In this document: piece by piece, positions 20,348 to 28,082 of the stretch
Layout: the number at the start of each line of letters is the position of its first letter
Numbering within the stretch: the first letter of the stretch is position 1
DNA from: an uncultured Subdoligranulum sp.
GTDB taxonomy: Bacteria; Bacillota; Clostridia; Oscillospirales; Ruminococcaceae
DNA length: 64,000 bases
Reading direction: 5' to 3'
NCBI GenBank assembly: GCA_964560675.1
Contig: CAZLMA010000005.1
Location: 7,473-71,472, forward strand
Program-made: the position numbers and the translations under genes
Notes under the pieces: model-generated
The model's input: only the letters and a program-made list of their open reading frames with translations
Told to the model about the DNA's origin: nothing
Databases searched by the model: none

Positions 20348-20619
20348 GCAAAACCAAAAAATAAAAAGACAGAACAATGCCCTAAACAAAGTTTATGCGC
20401 AGACGAACAAAAGCTAGGGATCTGCGGCAAAAAATTTTGTTTCGTCGCGTTGCATTCAGCACGGCGATGGACTGTGTTGCACCGTGTGCCAGTAATCATG
20501 ATCCACACCTTGATCTGCCTTCTTCATGCCGATAGGCAAATTTGTCGAAAAAGTAGAGAATTGTACTTATTGCACAAATATAAAGAGCAAATAGTTGAAT
20601 TGTTTATACACAATAGTTA

Positions 20620-20628
20620 CCCCCCCCC
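20620..20628 (+). repeat. C9 homopolymer directly abutting a -35 box
   Basis: TTA-CCCCCCCCC-TTGACA. Confidence 0.9.
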
Positions 20629-20657
20629 TTGACAATTTCTACTGAATCCGGTATAAT
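20629..20657 (+). promoter_or_regulatory. Perfect-consensus sigma-A promoter of the lipoprotein gene
   Basis: TTGACA-17 nt-TATAAT. Confidence 0.9.
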
Positions 20658-20734
20658 GATGGTAGTTTTCAACAACGGCTTCGGCTGCGCTGCAAATACT
20701 GTTATACAATGGGTTTGCACAGTGCCGCCGGGAA

Positions 20735-20863
20735 GGAAACCCCACCTGCCGTTCCCGAAAGCGATTCGGGAACTCCACCTGCCGTTTCCTCGTACGTGAG
20801 GAAATCCCACCTGCAATTTCCTGCCCTATCGATTTTTGGTAGGAAATTCCACTTGCCATTTCC
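20735..20863 (+). repeat. Four 22-bp quasi-palindromic repeats GGRAAY-YCCACYTGCM-RTTYCC in the 5' leader
   Basis: Cores at 20741, 20774, 20806, 20848 (periods 33, 32, 42); sequences between cores form hairpins. Confidence 0.9.
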
Positions 20864-20890
20864 TCTTGGCAAAGAAAGTGAGTGTGTATC

Positions 20891-22663
20891 ATGAGAACGA
20901 ACAAGCGCCCCATCCTCCGATCTTGCTCCGCTGTGCTCTTAGCTGGCGCATTACTGCTGACAGCCTGCAGCGGCACCTCAGTGCAAACCTCGGACGATTC
21001 CTCCCAAGGATCAAACACGCAAGTAGCCGCCGATTCGAACACGGGTGAGCTGGATGCCACTGCGCAGAACAGCGCGGTCGGCGGAGATCTGTCCGACACC
21101 GTTATTGAGGCGGAGGAAGGGACTGGCGCATGGACAACAGTTGATGCGGCTGGCACCGATGCGGCCGTGGCAGCCACAGAAGTTTCCAAGACCTCTGGGA
21201 ACCAGACACAAAACGGCTCTGCTTCCGCCCCAGAGAGTGCGGAAACCAAGAAGGCCGCAGATAAAAAAGCTACGAAGGATTCGACCGATAGCGAGGAGAG
21301 CGAAAGCGCACTGAGCGTGAGCACTACCTCCGGCAACTCTAAGGTCGCAGGCGCTTCGTCCACCACGGATAAGCAGACAAACGAGACGTCGGATTCCGAT
21401 CAGACGACGGATTCCAACAGCAAAGATTCGGCAGACGAGAAGACCGCCGAGAGCGAAGCCGAAAAGACGGATACCAAGTCCGAGAGCGGAAAAACAGAGT
21501 CTAAGGCCGAAACCGATAAGGCTGAAACCAAGCCCGAAAGCGAAAAGACAGAGTCTAAGGCCGAGGCTGATAAGGCAGAAACCAAGCCCGAGAGCGAAGC
21601 AGAACCGAAGCCGTCGAGCACGCCCAAGCCGAGCGCCGACAGCGAACCGACCAAACCCGCTAACGATGATGGAAGCACAGCCAAAGACAACCCCGACGAC
21701 GTGAAACCTGGCAAGACGGGTTCCGGCTCAACTCCTACGCCGCAGCCGAAGAGGACCCCGGAAAAGGCACCCGAGGAGTCACCCGAAAAGTCACCCGAAA
21801 AGTCACCAGAGAAGACGCCTGAGAAGACGCCAAAGCCCACCGGCCCGCTGCAATGCGAACACGAGTATGGCCCGTGGATTGTGACAAAAGAAGCCACCTG
21901 CACATCCTTGGGTTCCCAATACCGCGTGTGTAAGAAGTGTGGCCAATCGGTGCAGTCCACGTTCGCGGGCGGCGATGCGCCGAATTACCACAACTATGTC
22001 TCTTATCAAAAGAATGCCACCTGCCAGCAAGAGGGGTACAGCGGCCTGCGTTGCACGCTGTGCGGCGCGCTGAAAGACGTTGTGACCATTCCGAAGACAG
22101 AACACAGTTTCGTACAGTTAGGTGATAAAAGGGATCCTGACTGCACGCACGACGGACAACTTGTGGAACAGTGCAGTGTCTGCGGATATACCCGGACGAC
22201 AAAGCTCCCCGCAAAGGGACATAAGTATGAGGAGATTGTTATCGCCCCTACCTGTGCTGACGATGGTTATACAAAATATACGTGCACTGTATGTGGATCG
22301 GAAAAACCAGGCAATTTTACCAAGGCAACCGGACAACATGTTTGGGTGGAAGTAAGCAGCACTAAGGCGACCTGCTCGAAGGCGGGCACTGTGACGGAGC
22401 AGTGCAGTACCTGTCAAGCGACTAGAACCAGAGAAACACAACCGGCTACCGGTCAGCATAACTTTGTACAGGATAGCCGAGAAGAACCTCAATGCGAAAA
22501 ACCTGGTCATCTGGTAGAACATTGTACTGAATGCGGGACTACTCACGAGGTTGATCTTCCGAGTCTGGAACACAACTGGGTCTTGAATCCGGATCGCGAT
22601 GGTTTGAGCTATTGTTCCAGATGCGGCGAAGAACATAGTCAACACAAGGATTCAGAAGAATAG
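20891..22663 (+). CDS. Surface lipoprotein with a low-complexity repetitive stalk and C-terminal Cys/His repeats
   Basis: Signal peptide with lipobox LLTA-C; S/T/E/K/P-rich region; six full H..C..G..CxxC units plus a partial seventh. Confidence 0.85.
   Translation: MRTNKRPILRSCSAVLLAGALLLTACSGTSVQTSDDSSQGSNTQVAADSNTGELDATAQNSAVGGDLSDTVIEAEEGTGAWTTVDAAGTDAAVAATEVSKTSGNQTQNGSASAPESAETKKAADKKATKDSTDSEESESALSVSTTSGNSKVAGASSTTDKQTNETSDSDQTTDSNSKDSADEKTAESEAEKTDTKSESGKTESKAETDKAETKPESEKTESKAEADKAETKPESEAEPKPSSTPKPSADSEPTKPANDDGSTAKDNPDDVKPGKTGSGSTPTPQPKRTPEKAPEESPEKSPEKSPEKTPEKTPKPTGPLQCEHEYGPWIVTKEATCTSLGSQYRVCKKCGQSVQSTFAGGDAPNYHNYVSYQKNATCQQEGYSGLRCTLCGALKDVVTIPKTEHSFVQLGDKRDPDCTHDGQLVEQCSVCGYTRTTKLPAKGHKYEEIVIAPTCADDGYTKYTCTVCGSEKPGNFTKATGQHVWVEVSSTKATCSKAGTVTEQCSTCQATRTRETQPATGQHNFVQDSREEPQCEKPGHLVEHCTECGTTHEVDLPSLEHNWVLNPDRDGLSYCSRCGEEHSQHKDSEE
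21481..21597 (+). repeat. 54-nt (18-aa) tandem duplication in the lipoprotein stalk
   Basis: ESGKTESKAETDKAETKP / ESEKTESKAEADKAETKP; CAGAGTCT at 21495 and 21549. Confidence 0.9.
21754..21838 (+). repeat. 12-nt tandem repeats encoding (S/T/A)PEK
   Basis: TPEKAPEESPEKSPEKSPEKTPEKTPKP. Confidence 0.85.
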
Positions 22664-22799
22664 CACAGCATATCAGCGAGAAAAACGTTTTGGTTGACCA
22701 TGTCGTGATCTGCTACAGCTTCTACCAAATAAAGTATCGTTAGCGAGCACATTTTGTTTTGTACGCTTTTGGTAGAAGCTGGCGATTGGCAAAGCAACC

Positions 22800-22833
22800 A
22801 TCCCCGGTCGGAGAATTTCGCCCGGGGATTTTT
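22800..22833 (+). terminator. Intrinsic terminator downstream of the lipoprotein gene
   Basis: ATCCCCGG/CCGGGGAT stem followed by TTTT. Confidence 0.6.
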
Positions 22834-23286
22834 GTGTACCCGCATGTACCCTGTGGGGTATACCCTACTGCATGGCGGCACGTACACACGCCCGCATCGC
22901 CTAGCTGCGGATTACGCGACCGCGTTTGACTTTGCGCCAGCATTACACACATACTGTTTCTGCTCCCGCGACGCTTTTTCGAGGATGCGCGACATTCCCA
23001 TCTTGCAATCTTTCTACAAATCGTGTACACTTTACAAAAGATAGACAAATGGCGAAGACATTGCTGCGTCAGGGTTGCGCCATGCTCCCCAGACCGCCAA
23101 AACGGCACGCGAAGCGTGCTGCCAGTTGCTTCAGGTTTGCGGTCTTAAGATGGGTACTGTTTTACTTTGCACAGACGCCAGGAACAAAAGGAATGCACGC
23201 TTGAGAGGCTCCATTTGTTCTTTTCGCGTTTTGCCCTACGTTGTGTGGTGTGCGCAAAATCAGCACATAAAGGAGGCTACGGTTTT

Positions 23287-23958
23287 ATGGCGCTGGGGGA
23301 TAACATCCGTTACCTGCGTGAGTCACACGGTTTAACACAGATGGAGCTCGCCCGCATCGCGGGGGTCAGCGACAAGGCGGTCTCAACCTGGGAATCAAAT
23401 CTGCGCATGCCTCGCATGGGGCCGCTGGAAAGGATGGCAAACTATTTCGGCGTGACCAAGGGCAGCCTGCTAGAAGATCTCTACGGCAGTACGCCGTATG
23501 CTGTGCATGCTGCGCCGCAAGGTGACCTGGTTGAGGATCATCCCAGCTGCGAACCGGACAAAGCAGAGCAAAACGACTTAAATATGCACCTGCCCGACAA
23601 AGGCCCTGAAACCAAAACTGTCCCTGCGGTGCAAGAGGTCAGTGCGGTCGATGTGTATGACAATCCGCCCACTTTCGCCGGCGCAGATTTTGGGCTGGTC
23701 TACCGGGGCGACAGCATGGCCCCTACCCTGCTACATGGCGACACGGCGTACATCCGTCGGCAGGCATTTGTTCCAAGCGGCGCGCTGGCCGCGGTTCGCC
23801 GGGGCGAAAGGACTGAGATTGTGCGTATCTTTTATACGGAAGACAGGCTGATTTTGCAGCCGGACAACCGTTTGTATCCGCCGCAAGTCTATAACGGTAC
23901 GCACCCGAAAGAAGTTACCGTTTTGGGCAGGGTCGTAGGTATCTACCGCAAACTCTGA
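23287..23958 (+). CDS. XRE-family HTH + peptidase S24-like (LexA/CI-type) transcriptional regulator
   Basis: LGDNIRYLRESHGLTQMELARIAGVSDKAVSTWE HTH; GDSMAP, ILQPDN, VLGRVVG S24 motifs; RBS AAGGAGG. Confidence 0.88.
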   Translation: MALGDNIRYLRESHGLTQMELARIAGVSDKAVSTWESNLRMPRMGPLERMANYFGVTKGSLLEDLYGSTPYAVHAAPQGDLVEDHPSCEPDKAEQNDLNMHLPDKGPETKTVPAVQEVSAVDVYDNPPTFAGADFGLVYRGDSMAPTLLHGDTAYIRRQAFVPSGALAAVRRGERTEIVRIFYTEDRLILQPDNRLYPPQVYNGTHPKEVTVLGRVVGIYRKL

Positions 23959-23983
23959 GCGGGATCTGGAGAGGAAACTGCGT

Positions 23984-24505
23984 TTGAAAACCAAAGCAAA
24001 AACCGGGCAAAGAGCAAAATGGGTCAAGATCGCGGGCATTTTGGCCGCGCTGCTTGCGGCAGCTTTGCTGTTTGTTCTTTTGTACCGCAATTCCCATTAC
24101 CTGTACATTTTGGGGGAATGGCTCGGCATCCACTGCAACAAAACCGAGTTGGAGGCGGTATCGTTGGATGTTGCAGCGCAGCGAACCTTAGAGGAGTTGG
24201 CAGCGGACGAGCGGATTCGGTTTGACCAGAGCGCGATGCTTGTTAATAACCAGTATCCCCTGCCGGATGATTTTGAGCCGGAGCTAACTTTGTACAAAGA
24301 CACAGACGTGCCCATGAACGCCTGCTTGGTGGATGCTTACGCGGATCTTTCCGCGGCGGTTACCGAAATAACGGGCGTTGATCTGTATGTTTCCAGCACC
24401 TACCGCACACAAGAGGACGGCAAACTGACGCTACCGACGGATTTTACCGCTGCGACCATCTCGGCGGACAACACCGGCTGCTATTTGGTCACAGTGCAAG
24501 AATAG
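23984..24505 (+). pseudogene. Truncated M15B (VanY-like) D,D-carboxypeptidase, N-terminal half with an unrelated tail
   Basis: Membrane anchor, MLVNNQYPLPDDFEPEL and VSSTYRTQE motifs, but no SEHxxGxAxD or EPWH in any frame. Confidence 0.6.
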
Positions 24506-24549
24506 CAACGGGATGTGACATGCGCTTGCACAATTGAACCATTTTCGAC

Positions 24550-24578
24550 TTGTTTTTATGACGCCGTGGGCGTATAAT
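24550..24578 (+). promoter_or_regulatory. Probable sigma-A promoter of smpB-ssrA
   Basis: TTGTTT-17 nt-TATAAT. Confidence 0.55.
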
Positions 24579-24661
24579 AGCATCGTCGTTCAGATGCGAA
24601 GTGCAATCGGCTTGCAAATTTCGGCTGAATCCTTTGCGCGAAAAGAGAGGGGCGTGTTTGC

Positions 24662-25135
24662 ATGGCGGCGGACAAAAAGGGCACAAAAAACATTGCCCAA
24701 AACCGCGTGGCACGCCACGAATATTACGTTTTAGAGACTCTTGAAACCGGCATCGAGCTTGTGGGAACCGAAGTTAAAAGCGTGCGCGCCGGAGCGGTCA
24801 ATCTCAAGGACTCCTGGGTGGATGTGGAGCACGGCGAACTGATCGCAAAGGGTATGCACATAAGCCCTTACGCACAGGGCAATATCTTCAACGCCGACCC
24901 GGTGCGTCCGCGGCGACTGCTCGCCCACAAGAGCGAAATCCGCAATTTGGCGCAGCAGGTTAAATTGCAAGGGTTTACGCTGATCCCACTCTCGCTGTAC
25001 TTAAAGGGTGGGCGCGTAAAAATGGAGCTGGGGCTGTGCAAGGGCAAAAAGCTCTACGATAAGCGCGCGGCGGCAACGGCAAAGGATGCGAAGCGCACGA
25101 TTGAGCGCGCTGTCAAAAACCGCAGCATAAGCTAG
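24662..25135 (+). CDS. smpB: SsrA-binding protein
   Basis: IAQNRVARHEY, GIELVGTEVKSVR, RPRRLLAHKSEI, GLCKGKKLYDKR. Confidence 0.98.
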   Translation: MAADKKGTKNIAQNRVARHEYYVLETLETGIELVGTEVKSVRAGAVNLKDSWVDVEHGELIAKGMHISPYAQGNIFNADPVRPRRLLAHKSEIRNLAQQVKLQGFTLIPLSLYLKGGRVKMELGLCKGKKLYDKRAAATAKDAKRTIERAVKNRSIS

Positions 25136-25233
25136 CTGAAACGATCCCAAACTCCGCTGCGCAGGCAAGAAACAGGCGACGTCCTTTTTTGCAATTCGCC
25201 GAGGGGTATCAAACAAAATTCATCATTTTATAG

Positions 25234-25581
25234 GGGGATGCAATGGTTTCGACGGGGGGAGAGAGGCAAGAGCAGCGGGCCGTGGCGGTGACCCACGTTA
25301 AAAGCGCCAACTTAAAATAACTGACAACGAACCTGTTGCAGTCGCTGCCTGATTAAAGGCAGCCGTCCTGCCCACTTGAGCGCCGCGTGGGGTCAGGGCG
25401 TCGACAGGCGCTGAACATGTACGGGCCTGAGCTTGGCAGCCCGTCAGGTATTAACGAAGCTACCAAAATGCAGAGGCGCGGCTGTCCGCGCGCATGGCGG
25501 GAAATTTAAATCGGCAGCCTGCGCCCGAAGATACTCTGGTCGCTTTCTTTTCGGACAGGGGTTCGATTCCCCTCATCTCCA
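25234..25581 (+). ncRNA. ssrA: tmRNA; predicted tag (A)DNEPVAVAA* encoded at 25323-25352
   Basis: 5' GGGGATG...GGTTTCGAC; 3' GGTTCGATTCCCCTCATCTCCA; AATAACTG before the resume codon; directly follows smpB. Confidence 0.96.
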
Positions 25582-25910
25582 TAAAAGAGTGCTACGCGGA
25601 TCTCTCTAAAAATTGCGTAGCATCGTTATTTTTTGAAGTCAAAACCACCTAGGGAAGCGGAGCAAATGATGAAGGAATTGTCACATTGATTGGCGGCGCC
25701 TTCGTAGTGCAGTGCTCGCTGGATCCAGACGCAGACCAATAGGCAAGAAGAAGATCGCCCTTGAGGTACCATCTCCAGGGCAGGCTTTTTCTTTATGTCC
25801 TGACGGGAGACGATGAAATATGGTTGATTGTAAAAAGAAGTAAATTTAATTTCGTGTCCAGTTTTTGTTGACTTGTGTACAAGCTCTGGATTGAAAGGTG
25901 GAATAAAAAG

Positions 25911-26672
25911 ATGTTTTACTTTTTGATGAACCCTATACTCACGTACAACTGGCTGTTGATAGTAGCGGCTGTCGTTCCTGCCATCTTCCTGATGGTACAG
26001 GTCTATAAGCTTGACAGGTTAGACAGGGAAAGTCCTGCTATTTTGAGCAATATGGTTGTTGGGGGGATCCTGGCCGCGCTTCTTGCCCTGGTGATTGAGC
26101 GGGTACTCAGCCTTTTCCTGAACATGCTTGTCCCAGCTGATTCCGATCTTTACAATGTTCTCCTGTATTTTGTGGTTGTGGGCTGCACAGAGGAAAGCTG
26201 TAAATATTTCATGCTGAAGAGGCGGTCATGGTACTCGGTCGAATTCAACTGCCTCTACGACGGCGTGGTTTACGCAACCTTCACTTCCCTCGGCTTCGCA
26301 CTCTGGGAGAATATCAGCTATGTCCTGCATTATGGTTTCTCGACGGCGTTAGTGCGCGCAGTCACGGCCATACCCGGCCATACCTGCTTCGGTATCTTCA
26401 TGGGCGTGTTCTATGGCTGCGCCAGGGGCTACGCCTACCTGCAGGAAGAGAAAAAATCAAAGCTATTCCGTATTCTTTGCGTCCTCGTCCCGACATTGAT
26501 TCACGGATCCTATGATTACATTGCTTCCATGCAAACCGAGAACTCGGAATGGATCTTCATTGTCTTCATCCTGTGTCTGTATGCCATCTCGTATCTACTG
26601 GTGAAGCGCATGTCGAAAAATGACAGGTATATCAACATGGACAGGACGAATTACAGGTTCTGGGATATGTGA
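25911..26672 (+). CDS. PrsW family glutamic-type intramembrane protease
   Basis: VGCTEESCK, GFALWENISY, RAVTAIPGH, LIHGSYD; multiple TM segments. Confidence 0.9.
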   Translation: MFYFLMNPILTYNWLLIVAAVVPAIFLMVQVYKLDRLDRESPAILSNMVVGGILAALLALVIERVLSLFLNMLVPADSDLYNVLLYFVVVGCTEESCKYFMLKRRSWYSVEFNCLYDGVVYATFTSLGFALWENISYVLHYGFSTALVRAVTAIPGHTCFGIFMGVFYGCARGYAYLQEEKKSKLFRILCVLVPTLIHGSYDYIASMQTENSEWIFIVFILCLYAISYLLVKRMSKNDRYINMDRTNYRFWDM

Positions 26673-26838
26673 AACAGCGGCAACGCTTTAATGCGACCGG
26701 TATGTTCTGGCGGCGCGGAATCGTCAATGCATGAAATGTGAAAATGCCAAGCAAGCTGCTCCTGCATAAGACTTATTGCGCTGCGCAGCTCCTTTAGTAA
26801 ACTGCCGATCTTTGCCTGATTCGCTTCGTATTCCAATA

Positions 26839-26867
26839 TTGACAAAGCAGCTTGCTTGCTGTAAAGT
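26839..26867 (+). promoter_or_regulatory. Sigma-A promoter of pfkA
   Basis: TTGACA-17 nt-TAAAGT. Confidence 0.6.
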
Positions 26868-26927
26868 GACCGTTAGGGAGACCGCGTGGCGCAGTATGTG
26901 CATCAACCGGATTGAATGTAGAAGGAA

Positions 26928-28019
26928 GTGATTATCATCGCAAGCAAAAAACGAGTCGGCATCCTGACTTCCGGTGGGGATTGTCCCGGTCTTAACGCCA
27001 CCATTCGAGGTGTTGCCAAGGCATTGTACCAGCGCATGGGGGATAATGTCGAGATCATCGGAATTTTAAATGGATATGACGGTCTCATCCACGGCAACTG
27101 GCGCGAGATGGAGCCCCACGAGTTCAACGGAATTTTAACGGTGGGAGGAACCATCCTGGGCACCAAAAGAACGCCCTTTAAAATGATGACGGTAATCGAG
27201 GAGGACAAAATCGACAAAGTTGCCGCCATGAAACAGACCTACAAGGACGCCAAATTGGACTGCCTGTTGTGCCTGGGCGGCAACGGCACCCACAAGACCG
27301 CCAATCTCCTCAGCCAGGAAGGGCTGAACATTATCGGGTTGCCCAAAACCATTGACAACGATATCTACGGCACCGACGTGACGTTTGGTTTCCACACCGC
27401 CGTCGATATCGCCACAGAGGTCATTGATCGAATCCACACGACAGCCGGCAGCCACAGCCGCGTGATGTGCATAGAAATTATGGGCAACAAGGCTGGCTGG
27501 CTGGCGCTGTATGCAGGTATCGCGGGGGGCGCCGACATCATACTTTTGCCCGAGCGGCCCTATGATATCAATAAGGTCGTCAAAGTTGTGGAGGGCCGTG
27601 CCAAGGCCGGCAAGAATTTCTCCATCATTGCGGTGGCAGAAGGTGCGCTTTCCGTTGAAGAAAGCAAAAAGAAGCGCAAAAAATGGATGGCGGATCGCCT
27701 GGAAGCCGGTTATACCACAGCCACCGTTCGCATCGCCAAGGAGATTGAGGCGATCACCGGCGCCGAGACGCGCACCTGCGTGCCCGGACATATGCAACGC
27801 GGCGGAAGCCCGTCGGCATACGACCGCGTACTTGCCACGCAGTTCGGAACCTATGCCGCAAAACTGGTGGCAGAGGACCATTACGGCGTGACGGTCGCCA
27901 TGGTCAAACGAGAGGTGACAGCCAATCTTCTCAGCGAAGTGGCCGGCAAGGCCCGCCCCGTTCCCGACAACTGCCCGATGCTGAATGTTGCGAGAAGCAT
28001 GGGGATCGGGCTCGGCTGA
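26928..28019 (+). CDS. pfkA: ATP-dependent 6-phosphofructokinase
   Basis: LTSGGDCPGLNA, GGTILGT, GGNGT, PKTIDND, EIMG, GHMQRGG. Confidence 0.95.
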   Translation: MIIIASKKRVGILTSGGDCPGLNATIRGVAKALYQRMGDNVEIIGILNGYDGLIHGNWREMEPHEFNGILTVGGTILGTKRTPFKMMTVIEEDKIDKVAAMKQTYKDAKLDCLLCLGGNGTHKTANLLSQEGLNIIGLPKTIDNDIYGTDVTFGFHTAVDIATEVIDRIHTTAGSHSRVMCIEIMGNKAGWLALYAGIAGGADIILLPERPYDINKVVKVVEGRAKAGKNFSIIAVAEGALSVEESKKKRKKWMADRLEAGYTTATVRIAKEIEAITGAETRTCVPGHMQRGGSPSAYDRVLATQFGTYAAKLVAEDHYGVTVAMVKREVTANLLSEVAGKARPVPDNCPMLNVARSMGIGLG

Positions 28020-28082
28020 TCTGTTTTTACTTTTGCTTCTGTATACATTTTACCGCACTGTTACACAGAAGGAGTGTGCCGC

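Noticed and set aside
20735-20863. CRISPR mini-array interpretation of the four 22-bp repeats
   Set aside because: Spacers are only 10-20 nt, unequal and self-complementary with the repeat arms; no cas genes in the window
20735-20863. Type III toxin-antitoxin RNA repeats
   Set aside because: The downstream gene is a lipoprotein rather than a ToxN/CptN/TenpN-like RNase, and no terminator separates repeats and gene
21850-22640. Multi-haem cytochrome c
   Set aside because: Motifs are CxxCG/CxxCQ, not CxxCH
23105-23120. GCGAAGC mini-hairpin as an ssDNA origin or phage promoter
   Set aside because: Single short occurrence with no replication or phage genes nearby
23287-23958. Calling the XRE-S24 gene lexA or part of a prophage
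   Set aside because: XRE-type rather than winged HTH, no SOS box seen upstream, and no phage genes nearby
25770-25777. CATCTCCA as an attR copy of the tmRNA 3' end
   Set aside because: Only 8 bp and part of a terminator-like hairpin; too weak to define an element boundary
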